Shown here piece by piece: positions 49,738-58,486 of a stretch of 64,000 bases of DNA. Each line of letters starts with the position of its first letter. The first letter of the stretch is position 1. The stretch is taken from the IMG/VR virus record IMGVR_UViG_3300042922_000643, positions 1-64,000 of that record; one strand, 5' to 3'. The translations under genes and the position numbers were made by a program. A model generated the notes under the pieces. That model worked only from the letters and a program-made list of their open reading frames with translations. It did no database searches and was not told the origin of the DNA.

Positions 49738-50142
49738 TGTGGCTTCTGGGAGCCATTCTCCTGCTCTGATCTTCTCTTGCTCCCTAGCTTCCATCCAAAG
49801 ACGAACGGTGTCTTCAGGGACCTCACGGAAGTTGATGTTGTCTACTAGACCTTCAACTTGGTTATGTATATCATGTGCATCAAGATCGGGTTCATGCCAA
49901 ATCTTCCTACACGTACCACACTGCAAGATCACCGTATCTGTCTTTTCTCGGTATTCAAAGAACTTCAAATGGCCTGCGCATTTTGGGCAGTCACGACCTG
50001 TAGACCATTGGCTTTCAGCCACAGGCTGACCAGTTGTGCTTGGAGCTTGGATAATCTGTCTCCATATCGCACCAACTTGATCTAGTAGCTCCTCAGTTAA
50101 ACCATCATCGTTATTATAGGGGGTTCCTTTATTAATTGGCAT
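49720..50142 (-). CDS. Zn-ribbon hypothetical protein, isolated on the minus strand
   Basis: CPKC...CGTC; AAAGGAG RBS on the minus strand. Confidence 0.7.
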   Translation of the reverse strand: MPINKGTPYNNDDGLTEELLDQVGAIWRQIIQAPSTTGQPVAESQWSTGRDCPKCAGHLKFFEYREKTDTVILQCGTCRKIWHEPDLDAHDIHNQVEGLVDNINFREVPEDTVRLWMEAREQEKIRAGEWLPEATEEAPE

Positions 50143-50250
50143 CGGGATTCTCCTTTACGTATTGGTATAAAAATGGTATAATTCTTTATGACAAGTGTTT
50201 ACATTCCAGACTAAGCATAAGCGATTCAGGGTAAGGAAATCAATATATAA

Positions 50251-51117
50251 ATGGGGAATCAAGATATGACTGATGATTTTAAAAGACGTTACGATCAATT
50301 TGGTGACAACGCAAACCTAATCAATATGGTACACAACTTCTTACAGGAAGAAGGCCGTGCAAACCATCAGAAGCGTATCGACGAAGGACGCACAGGTAAA
50401 TTTTACCCTAGTTCTGTAGGCCGCTGTAATCGTCAAATTGCGTATCAGATGCTGGGCTACCCTGGAGCAGATAAAGCAGGGCAAACCATTCTGATTATGG
50501 ATAATGGAACCTACTTTCATAATCGTATGGAGGATATGTTTGAGCGTATGGGAATATTAGTAGCTCCTGAACTCAAGCTCGTTGATCCCGACCTAAGAAT
50601 TAGTGGTAGATCCGATGCGATCATCTGGAACTTTTTAAAAGAAGAAGATGAGCCTGACGGTGAGATCATTAGTCTGTACCAACCTAAAGCGATATTCGTG
50701 GCTGACGGAGAAGATATAGAGGTAATCTCTGAAGTCTATCATGGTCCCGCCAATAATGTTATGATCGTAGAATTTAAAAGCATTAAGAGTAAGAACTATG
50801 ACAAGCTTCCCAAGTCTAAGCCTAAAAAAGAACATGCTATGCAGTTACAGCTGTATATGTATATGACAGGAATTCGCAAGGGGCTTGTATACTACGAGAA
50901 TAAAGATACGCAGGAACAAAAATATTTCATCGTTGATTATGACCAGTCTGTCGTCGATGGTGTGATCAGCTCGATCCGCTCCATCATTGCTATGGTGGAC
51001 ATTGGCCAGCTTCCTGACAGAGAACACCCACCTATTAGCTTTGAATGCATGTATTGTGACTTCAAAGACATCTGCTATCCACAAAAACAAGAATTCAATA
51101 TTGACGATATATTTTAG
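50251..51117 (+). CDS. Cas4-like PD-(D/E)XK exonuclease
   Basis: YPSSVGRC, GTYFH, GRSD, VEFKS, QLQLYM, C-terminal CMYCDFKDIC. Confidence 0.88.
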   Translation: MGNQDMTDDFKRRYDQFGDNANLINMVHNFLQEEGRANHQKRIDEGRTGKFYPSSVGRCNRQIAYQMLGYPGADKAGQTILIMDNGTYFHNRMEDMFERMGILVAPELKLVDPDLRISGRSDAIIWNFLKEEDEPDGEIISLYQPKAIFVADGEDIEVISEVYHGPANNVMIVEFKSIKSKNYDKLPKSKPKKEHAMQLQLYMYMTGIRKGLVYYENKDTQEQKYFIVDYDQSVVDGVISSIRSIIAMVDIGQLPDREHPPISFECMYCDFKDICYPQKQEFNIDDIF

Positions 51118-51171
51118 AATATGATACAATACTTCTATAAGGATCGCTATCTTACCAAGATCACCTCAAAG

Positions 51172-51212
51172 AAAAGCCAGGGCCCGTCTAGTCAACGGAA
51201 GTCCTGGCTTTT
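51172..51212. terminator. Bidirectional terminator at the strand switch
   Basis: AAAAGCCAGGGC...GTCCTGGCTTTT. Confidence 0.75.
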
Positions 51213-51219
51213 GTCATGT

Positions 51220-51897
51220 CTATTCGTAATCAGGTAAATACTTGAGGAAGTCTTCGTTGGTATAACCAGCGAGCGACTCGTATGGACCAAGTTCTTGAGC
51301 AAAGGCTTCGGGACTATAGACTTCTCGCAAATGTTTAAGCTCGTCTTCATCATAGAGTCCTAGTCGTAATGCATCTCGATAATCATATTGTAAACATAAG
51401 AATTCATTTAGTGATTTCCCTTTGTTCTCTTCAATAAGCCGATCCATGAATGAACCTTTATGTAAGTAGCTGCCTGTAACTAAAAGTTTTGCCTGTGGGA
51501 AGTATCTTAGAATATCATCATCATTCATTCGAGGACCTTCTATAGCTCGTTTATATCCGCCCTCGTCAACTGCGATTCTTTCGAGTCGCAAACCTCTCAT
51601 TTCTTCCAGGTTCGAAGCAAAACGAATTGTAGATCCATTCTTAAGTACGATAATATCCCGATTACATATCTCAATTTGGTCTGCGTATCTATCCATGACA
51701 TCAACAACAATATGGTTTATCACATGCTTCCATTGTGTGAAATACAAAGCGTTTCCCTTTGTCTCTGCCAACCAATCAACAAGCATTGTTGTTTTTCCCA
51801 TCCGTCGTGCCATACGAACGATTGAGATTTTTGCGTCACTCTCATACAAAGCTGTCCGAATATCTTTCCCCAGTTCTAAAAGTCTTGCCTCACTCAT
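51220..51897 (-). CDS. Truncated terminase large-subunit ATPase-like protein, tag NEDFLKYLPDYE
   Basis: MARRMGKTT Walker A, LKNGSTIRF, MRG...IAVDEG Walker B, FAQE; no nuclease domain. Confidence 0.7.
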   Translation of the reverse strand: MSEARLLELGKDIRTALYESDAKISIVRMARRMGKTTMLVDWLAETKGNALYFTQWKHVINHIVVDVMDRYADQIEICNRDIIVLKNGSTIRFASNLEEMRGLRLERIAVDEGGYKRAIEGPRMNDDDILRYFPQAKLLVTGSYLHKGSFMDRLIEENKGKSLNEFLCLQYDYRDALRLGLYDEDELKHLREVYSPEAFAQELGPYESLAGYTNEDFLKYLPDYE

Positions 51898-52437
51898 CTA
51901 CTTTTCCTCCCCAAATAATTGGATGCCGAGCTTTGCGTCGGCTGCATAAATCTTTCCTTTAACCAATTCCTCTGTGATCTTTTCATTGTGCGCAATGCGA
52001 ATTAATGTGACGTTATTCTTTTTACACCCGATATCTTTCAGGCGATCACATTCTTGATAGTACTGGAAGTTCTTCACGCTTTTATGTATGTATTTTTTAT
52101 ACTCCGTATGTGTAGAGCCATCGAACTCAAAGCCAAGCCGAAGCTGTGGGTAGTAACGATCTATCTGTAGCTCACTGTTTTTAGGGCTGCGTAGGAATGA
52201 GTAGAAGCCGTGGTTGATATATTCGTAGCTTCCAAGGAGAGGTTCTAATACGGAGAATAAAGAGAGTTCACCTTCGGTGTTCTTGTTCTTAGGATAGCGG
52301 CGCTTACCTCGCTTGCTTTTAGACTTAGCTTTCGGAGGAGCTTCTTTCTTAACCGATTTACACTCCTCGCATTTGAGCGGCTTCTTCGTTGTGTATTCCA
52401 TAACGATGCCGCAGTTGATACACTTTGTATACTTCAC
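51898..52437 (-). CDS. Zn ribbon plus Vsr/DUF559-like endonuclease
   Basis: CINC..CEEC; LQID.Y...FEFDGSTH...DRLK...LIRI. Confidence 0.75.
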   Translation of the reverse strand: MKYTKCINCGIVMEYTTKKPLKCEECKSVKKEAPPKAKSKSKRGKRRYPKNKNTEGELSLFSVLEPLLGSYEYINHGFYSFLRSPKNSELQIDRYYPQLRLGFEFDGSTHTEYKKYIHKSVKNFQYYQECDRLKDIGCKKNNVTLIRIAHNEKITEELVKGKIYAADAKLGIQLFGEEK

Positions 52438-53285
52438 TGGTATCCTTCCTTTGAAATCCTCTCCATAGCGATTTGGATTAGATTGATCGCTTTCTGTCTG
52501 TACTTGAATATTGTGTTCAGATGCATCCCCATAGACTTGGCAATATCTTTATCAGCCATTTTGTCTTCATAATGCATCTTCAATATCATGCGGTAAAGCG
52601 GTGATAAACCCTCAAATTCTTCTCCACAGGTCAACCCTCGTACCCAAGCATTTCCCAGATCATCATCCTCAACTAGCAAAGGCGTGTTCACCATAATCTG
52701 TTTGTTATATTCTTCTTCGCTTTTTTCGTCAACGGCAAAAGCTTCGTTCATCACAACAAATTTTGATTTGCGATACTGTAGATTATAAGGTTCCATTTTT
52801 CTCACATGGCGCTGAATATAATCAATGATTGCATAGTTATAAGAGTTGTAAAGATAGCCTTGGAAGTAAACGCTTTTCTTAATATGTCGATAGCGATACA
52901 TCTGCTTTATAAAGAGGCATCGAAGTTCTTGTTTCAAATCCTCGTCAGGCACAGAGCTTAAGTAAGAGACGATCATGTCCACAGTTTCATAGACCTTTAA
53001 GCGAACATCGGTGTATTGGAAGAAGCGTTTCATCGCATTACGTGTTTCGACTTCCTTAATGAAACAGTTTATGAACTCTCTAGCGTCACGATCCTTGAAA
53101 GGGAATCTTCCCTTCCGTAAGATCTGATAATATTTACCTACATAAAGACTCATAGGTTCATCGGGATGACAACCAAAACGTCTCATTACTTCTTCGCCTG
53201 CTTCATGATCGCCTGATTGGAATCGTAACACGAGCTCGTCAACTTCGAGCATCTTTTGTTTTTGGTATCCACTCGCGACTTTCAT
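52434..53285 (-). CDS. Phage RNA polymerase sigma-70-family factor
   Basis: ELVLRFQSGD, EDLKQE, region-4 HTH LSPLYRMILKMHY...DIAKSMGMHLNTIFKYRQKAI. Confidence 0.8.
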   Translation of the reverse strand: MKVASGYQKQKMLEVDELVLRFQSGDHEAGEEVMRRFGCHPDEPMSLYVGKYYQILRKGRFPFKDRDAREFINCFIKEVETRNAMKRFFQYTDVRLKVYETVDMIVSYLSSVPDEDLKQELRCLFIKQMYRYRHIKKSVYFQGYLYNSYNYAIIDYIQRHVRKMEPYNLQYRKSKFVVMNEAFAVDEKSEEEYNKQIMVNTPLLVEDDDLGNAWVRGLTCGEEFEGLSPLYRMILKMHYEDKMADKDIAKSMGMHLNTIFKYRQKAINLIQIAMERISKEGYQ

Positions 53286-53714
53286 GTATTGACCTCAGCT
53301 TTCTTCTTAGATGTCTCCAAAGTGATCTATGATGCGGATAATTGTGTGTTCGTCCTCAGAAATGTGTCCTTCGGGACCGAAAATTTTACTTAGAGGACTC
53401 TCTCCAAAAGAAGAATTTCCATCAAAATCTATGACTTCAAACCCCTCCATATTCAATAGCTGATCAATAAAATCATTCATGCCGCCCATTTCACTAGCAT
53501 CAATCTCAATGACCTGGTAACCAATCTGTTCGCCTTCACCGTCAAAGCTAGTAAAGAAAGGGTTTTTTGCTATTTCCTGATCAGCTTCAGAAAGATCAAG
53601 GATCATCGTAATGAGATCCCCTGCTTGATTATTATCTAGCATCTCGGCCAATTCATCAACACTTATTTCAACAGAGATACTTCCTTTTTGGATCTTCATT
53701 ATGTATGCCCCCTG

Positions 53715-54209
53715 TTATGCCTGATTTTCTTTAGCTTTACTCACACATACATGCGCCATAGCCAAGGCTTCTGCAATATCATTCTGAACAAATTTTAGTT
53801 TAAGGCCATACATATCATTAATTGCGCGGACACAATCCTTCTTGTTTGCTTTACCACTTTGTAAACCTATGAATGCTTTCCGCCAGGAGCTAGGTGCCAT
53901 TGTGCGGAAAGGAATTTGTTTCTGTGCAGCAAGCAGCATGATTGCGCCACGGTTCTGTGACAGCTTCTTTAAGGTGTCTACGTTGCATCCTTGGTATTGG
54001 TCTTCACAGAGGATACTAGACACACTATACTTAGCAAGAAGCTCGGAGAGGAAGCGGTACTGCACCTCAACCACCTCGTGGATAGCTAGGTGCTTATCAG
54101 CCTTGATCCTACCATAATCTACAATCTCGTGATTACCATTCAGTAGTCCCCAGCCTGTAGACCATATGCTTGGATCAATACCTAGGTAGTACTCTTCCAT
54201 CTCCGCCAT
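53715..54209 (-). CDS. ruvC: RuvC-like Holliday junction resolvase
   Basis: LGIDPS..TGWG, CEDQY, PSSWRK, ANK, NDIAEAL. Confidence 0.88.
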   Translation of the reverse strand: MAEMEEYYLGIDPSIWSTGWGLLNGNHEIVDYGRIKADKHLAIHEVVEVQYRFLSELLAKYSVSSILCEDQYQGCNVDTLKKLSQNRGAIMLLAAQKQIPFRTMAPSSWRKAFIGLQSGKANKKDCVRAINDMYGLKLKFVQNDIAEALAMAHVCVSKAKENQA

Positions 54210-54217
54210 CTCCCTGT

Positions 54218-54658
54218 CTATTCTACCTTTTTCTTTGCAGATGTTTTCTTCTTCGGAGCAGTCTGTTCTTCTGCTTTCTCAAGAGCTTCTACTTCTGCAT
54301 CATAATTTGTATTGAAGGATACATAGTAATCAATGATCGGGCTAGATAATGCACAAGCATAGCTACAACCCATTTCTAGCATGTACTGAGCTAGTTCCCT
54401 GGCTGTGACACCACGAGAATCTTTCCCACTCTCCACCTGTACTAGAATTGTTTTGCCGTCTTTAACACCGATACTAGATTTAGCTGTAGGTGTATGAGTT
54501 TCCTCGCGGAACCCCTCTACATTGTATTCAATATCAACTTCCCCGTTCTTTACGATTCTAGGATAAGTACCTATAGAATAGGCAGAAGTGCCGTCCTCAG
54601 GGATTACATCCAATTCCAAAATCTTCATGTTACTATTATACTTTCTTTCTTCTCTCAC
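54218..54658 (-). CDS. Partial phosphodiester-glycosidase (NAGPA-like) domain protein
   Basis: PRIVKNG, AKSSIGV...GVTARELAQYMLEMGCSYA; lacks the LDGGGS motif. Confidence 0.55.
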   Translation of the reverse strand: MREERKYNSNMKILELDVIPEDGTSAYSIGTYPRIVKNGEVDIEYNVEGFREETHTPTAKSSIGVKDGKTILVQVESGKDSRGVTARELAQYMLEMGCSYACALSSPIIDYYVSFNTNYDAEVEALEKAEEQTAPKKKTSAKKKVE

Positions 54659-54718
54659 GTATATCCATCCTCCTTGATATTTTTGTAACCCTAAATCTAC
54701 TACTTTGTAAACCTTTTT

Positions 54719-55807
54719 TTATTTTAACTCTTTATACCGTTCCTTTGCTACAATATAAAGAGCATTACTCCAACCCAAAGGCGTATTGCCATTATAGTTA
54801 CCATCTGCACCAGAATAGTATAACTCTGGAAGGGCGCTGCCTTCTAGCATGATTGATTCTGTGAGCTTAATATAATGCTTAGCTTTAGCCATGTCACCCA
54901 TTTCCATATAGCAAAGAGCTAGCCATGGAAGTCCGAAGGTCCACTCTGCTTCTCCACCCTTATAATATTCTCTAGGCATATCTCTGCCAGCGATCATCTC
55001 ACCTAGAGAGTAATAGCTATCCCCTTCATAGCGGATCACTCCGTGGCTTCTCAGAAGCTGTTCTTCAACACTTCTAACTATGTCTGCGAAGTGATTATAT
55101 CCAAGACCCTTAACGCGGTATGGATATACAAGAGACAACATTGCTAGATCTATCTTTTTATCAACACTTTCCCGCGGGAGGAGTCTGTAAAGCGCTGTTA
55201 CGCCAAACTCAATCCACTCCTGAGGCACTTTGAACTCCCACCCTAGCAACCTTCTGTTAACCCTCTTAATCGCCTCTAAACCAGCCACACAAGCTCCTAC
55301 GCTAGATGCATGAACTTCTCGCCACTCTTCCCACATTCCATTATCAGGATCTTCCCAGTACCTGCAACACCCAAGATAGTCTACGAGCTTCTGCACAATA
55401 CGAAAGTCGTCAGGGCCACGGAACATCGCCTTACCTTCTTCAAAACCTTGAGCTATGCCGAATAGGAAAGCACCCACTGCATCATGCTGTGCATGTCCCC
55501 ATTCTTGATGGTGTATCTCTGTGACACTATCTGCATCGTATTTAGCATGTATGTATTCCCAGATATGTACAGGGCGCTGTGCGGTATGTATCGTAATCTT
55601 ATCTTCAAGAGAAAGGAACAGGTCTAACATTCGCCAGTAAGCCTTTTCATAATAGCCATCCTTCTTGTCTAGATATGGCATCGACATATAGACGCTATCC
55701 CGTAACCATACATAGCTATAGTCATCAGAAGGGCTTGCTAGATAAAGTCCATGGTCCAGCCTAAGACTGTCTAGTATCTTATAGCTTTCTTTTACATGTT
55801 TATTCAT
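54719..55807 (-). CDS. Glycoside hydrolase family 15 protein
   Basis: YVWLRDS, QHDAVG, DNGMWEE, SSVGACVAGL, GVIRYEGD.Y, LPELY, PLGWS. Confidence 0.85.
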   Translation of the reverse strand: MNKHVKESYKILDSLRLDHGLYLASPSDDYSYVWLRDSVYMSMPYLDKKDGYYEKAYWRMLDLFLSLEDKITIHTAQRPVHIWEYIHAKYDADSVTEIHHQEWGHAQHDAVGAFLFGIAQGFEEGKAMFRGPDDFRIVQKLVDYLGCCRYWEDPDNGMWEEWREVHASSVGACVAGLEAIKRVNRRLLGWEFKVPQEWIEFGVTALYRLLPRESVDKKIDLAMLSLVYPYRVKGLGYNHFADIVRSVEEQLLRSHGVIRYEGDSYYSLGEMIAGRDMPREYYKGGEAEWTFGLPWLALCYMEMGDMAKAKHYIKLTESIMLEGSALPELYYSGADGNYNGNTPLGWSNALYIVAKERYKELK

Positions 55808-55811
55808 CTCT

Positions 55812-56201
55812 TTACTCCTTTATATATCCAAAGTATGCCAATGGAGTGTTAGAAAGTTTTTTATCAATCTTTGCAGTCTCCAGTAGCTCAACGTTTTCGA
55901 TGAGTATGATACTTTTTTCACCAGACTCATTTGCGTGTGTAATTTCAATTTCACCGCAATCAAGATAATGATCTAATGATTCAAAAAGGAGAGTGCCTCT
56001 TACTTGTCCAGTTTTTTTATTGTGTATATATGAAAGAATTTGAATCTTACCCACTGTAACGGTAACGCACAAAACTGGATTATTTTTACTAATCGTTCTT
56101 TTAATATATTTGATAGGCATTTCCTGTGAGGATGTATAAGTCTCTATTTGCATAGTTCGTCCACTTCCAATTCCCCAACAAATGTAATTACAGTAGACCA
56201 A
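55812..56201 (-). CDS. Paralog family D (most degenerate member)
   Basis: VGKIQILSY...TGQVRGTLLF; true start probably downstream (MQIET). Confidence 0.55.
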   Translation of the reverse strand: MVYCNYICWGIGSGRTMQIETYTSSQEMPIKYIKRTISKNNPVLCVTVTVGKIQILSYIHNKKTGQVRGTLLFESLDHYLDCGEIEITHANESGEKSIILIENVELLETAKIDKKLSNTPLAYFGYIKE

Positions 56202-56476
56202 AGCTTATTGTTAATCTCTGGGGTTTCATCAAACTGAATGTCTTTGAAATAAACTCTTGCTGTCTGCCTATACTCATTACAGAAATTGATTTGAATTTTC
56301 CCGTTCTGGACCCATCGATCTAGCTTGCAAAAAATAATGCTTCCAGAAGCCTTCCCTGTCTCTTCATCATACCGATAAGTGATCGCCTGCATCTCCCCTA
56401 GGACATTAATCTTTTCAGTACCATCACAATAGATCATGTCGCATCCGCCAAAAGCTGTTAAGCTTCTTCTAATCAT
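56144..56476 (-). CDS. Paralog family D, tail-tube-like motif
   Basis: TAFGGCDM...LGEMQAITY...ASGSIIF...NEY. Confidence 0.65.
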   Translation of the reverse strand: MIRRSLTAFGGCDMIYCDGTEKINVLGEMQAITYRYDEETGKASGSIIFCKLDRWVQNGKIQINFCNEYRQTARVYFKDIQFDETPEINNKLWSTVITFVGELEVDELCK

Positions 56477-56521
56477 TACTTCTCCTCCTTATAAGAAAGG
56501 CAGGGTTTCCCCCGCCCACGT

Positions 56522-57187
56522 TTAGTCTGTCAGATCAACAAGAGATGAAACCATATTTCTTACTCTATCTTCGACATCTGCTTCGGCCCACTCAGGGACG
56601 ACAATCCCTTTCGAAGAACTACCATAACCAATGATTCGTTGCAATTGGTATGCCCTGTCTCTGAGATCATCGATCTCTTTCTGGACAGGCTCTCTTAGTT
56701 TCCATGGCAAACTACGAAGAGCCTCTTCAAGATCATCCACACTTTTTTCAATCTCATTGATAACTTTTCGGCAAGCTTTGCGAACAAAATAATGAGATAT
56801 GATCTTCATATAAGGATCAGCCTGGATAACCCCTTCAACATTACCCGTAAAGGTTTTGTTCTCAACAATCTCAATCACATCTGGAGTTAACTTCTTAACC
56901 TGAGCGACAGAGAGATCTACATTATATACTTCCTCTTCTGTTTCTTCTTCTACGGCGTTATTCGAAAGAGCATCTTGCTGTGGGTTATTGATCGCAAACT
57001 TATCGATATGTGAGAATAGCTTCTTATCTTCTTGTTCACCAATAGCTTTAAGTTCTTCAGGTGTCATATCATTTCGAGGATCACCTTCAGGAAAGACAAA
57101 TTTCTTTGTAAGGACTTCTTTAGCCACAAGGCTTCCCTTCGGACTATTATCACCGAGTACATAAATATCGTTCTTCTTCTTCGTCAT
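56522..57187 (-). CDS. Hypothetical protein
   Basis: GGGGAGG RBS; 221 aa. Confidence 0.7.
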   Translation of the reverse strand: MTKKKNDIYVLGDNSPKGSLVAKEVLTKKFVFPEGDPRNDMTPEELKAIGEQEDKKLFSHIDKFAINNPQQDALSNNAVEEETEEEVYNVDLSVAQVKKLTPDVIEIVENKTFTGNVEGVIQADPYMKIISHYFVRKACRKVINEIEKSVDDLEEALRSLPWKLREPVQKEIDDLRDRAYQLQRIIGYGSSSKGIVVPEWAEADVEDRVRNMVSSLVDLTD

Positions 57188-57210
57188 TTCTTTTTCCTCC
57201 CCAGGATGTA

Positions 57211-57780
57211 TTACTTGAAATTATTTTCAAGACACAACAGCACTGTTTCTTCAAGAATACCCTCGTCAACAGCTCGCCGAATAAAATACTCATAAGCTCT
57301 ACGATAAGGGTCATCAAGATAAGTCTCGACATCCGTATTTACATTCATGATATGATCTAGAATTTCTTGGAATCCTTTTGATTTTTTAATGGATTCATAG
57401 CTCATTGTACGTACTTTTTCAGCAGCGAATGTGAATTTATCTTCCAGTACATAACCATCAATAGAAACAACAGATTCCAAGGTTAAGAATTCAACGTCTT
57501 CAACAACTCGTACTAAGGAAAACATCTTGTCATTGTGCATCTGGATGAACTCAATTACGATATCATAAGTTCCTTCGCCAGAGAAATGCTCATTGAATAA
57601 TGAAAGTATGACCTCTCCGTCTACGCCGCTGCCAAGAGTCTCTGTAAATCTTAGATATCGAAAGTCATAAAAAACTCGACTTTTCCCCGTGCTCTTATCT
57701 ACAAGATGCGCGATAAGATCTGAACCGCCAAAACTAGAGAATGTAGAGGTATGTTTTTTCCCATTCATTAATTCAGCCAT
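57211..57780 (-). CDS. Paralog family D
   Basis: TFSSFGGSDL...EDVEF...SID...DDPY. Confidence 0.7.
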   Translation of the reverse strand: MAELMNGKKHTSTFSSFGGSDLIAHLVDKSTGKSRVFYDFRYLRFTETLGSGVDGEVILSLFNEHFSGEGTYDIVIEFIQMHNDKMFSLVRVVEDVEFLTLESVVSIDGYVLEDKFTFAAEKVRTMSYESIKKSKGFQEILDHIMNVNTDVETYLDDPYRRAYEYFIRRAVDEGILEETVLLCLENNFK

Positions 57781-57793
57781 TTGCTATATCCTC

Positions 57794-58486
57794 CTATAGA
57801 ACATCTTCAGCAGTAAGTTTGCCATCTTGTAAAGCTCTTTCGATAAACATTCTGAAAGTTGCTTTATAAGGGTCATAAAAATCATCTGTATGGTCTCTAG
57901 CGTACTTTACAATTTCTTTCCATCGACGATTATCCGTAATACTACTATAGTTGACAGTCTCTACGCCTTTTGCACTCGCGCTTCTAAAGTCGTACTTCAA
58001 TGTAAACGAGATGTCGTCAATCGAAGACGTTGAACTTACGTTCGTAAATACCACATCCTCAATCTCACGGAAAAAAGCTTGACCAAATTCATTGAGATAC
58101 ACTAGTGTTAATGTCGTCAAACCTCTTGGCTTGAAATTTGTATCATCAAAGACGGTAATCACCAAGTCTCCATAGACTGTGTCTTGATCCGAATCTCCTG
58201 CTAATGTCCATGCTGAATTGCGCGGGCGTTCCAAAATCTCATGATAATTAAACGCTTGTAGCTCTCCAAGAGTCTTAGTTACTCCTGTTGTTTGATCCTT
58301 GTAAAACAGAATCATATCGGCACCGCCAAAACTTGTATACGTTTTTTTGATAGGCAGCTGTACGGTCTTCTCTATAAAATCATTAGATTTAAGAGAAGAC
58401 CCCGCAATCAGATTAGATGCAAACGTAGTTGTCGTAATACCACCACCTGTAACCTCTTTTGTATAATTAACTTGCTCTTCTGACAT
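57794..58486 (-). CDS. Paralog family D, tail-tube-like motif
   Basis: TYTSFGGADM...LGELQAFNY...NEFG...IEDVVF...SIDD. Confidence 0.7.
   Translation of the reverse strand: MSEEQVNYTKEVTGGGITTTTFASNLIAGSSLKSNDFIEKTVQLPIKKTYTSFGGADMILFYKDQTTGVTKTLGELQAFNYHEILERPRNSAWTLAGDSDQDTVYGDLVITVFDDTNFKPRGLTTLTLVYLNEFGQAFFREIEDVVFTNVSSTSSIDDISFTLKYDFRSASAKGVETVNYSSITDNRRWKEIVKYARDHTDDFYDPYKATFRMFIERALQDGKLTAEDVL

Noticed and set aside
50251-51117. Cas4-like gene as evidence of CRISPR-Cas
   Set aside because: No repeat-spacer array or other cas genes seen; solo Cas4-like nucleases are common in phages.
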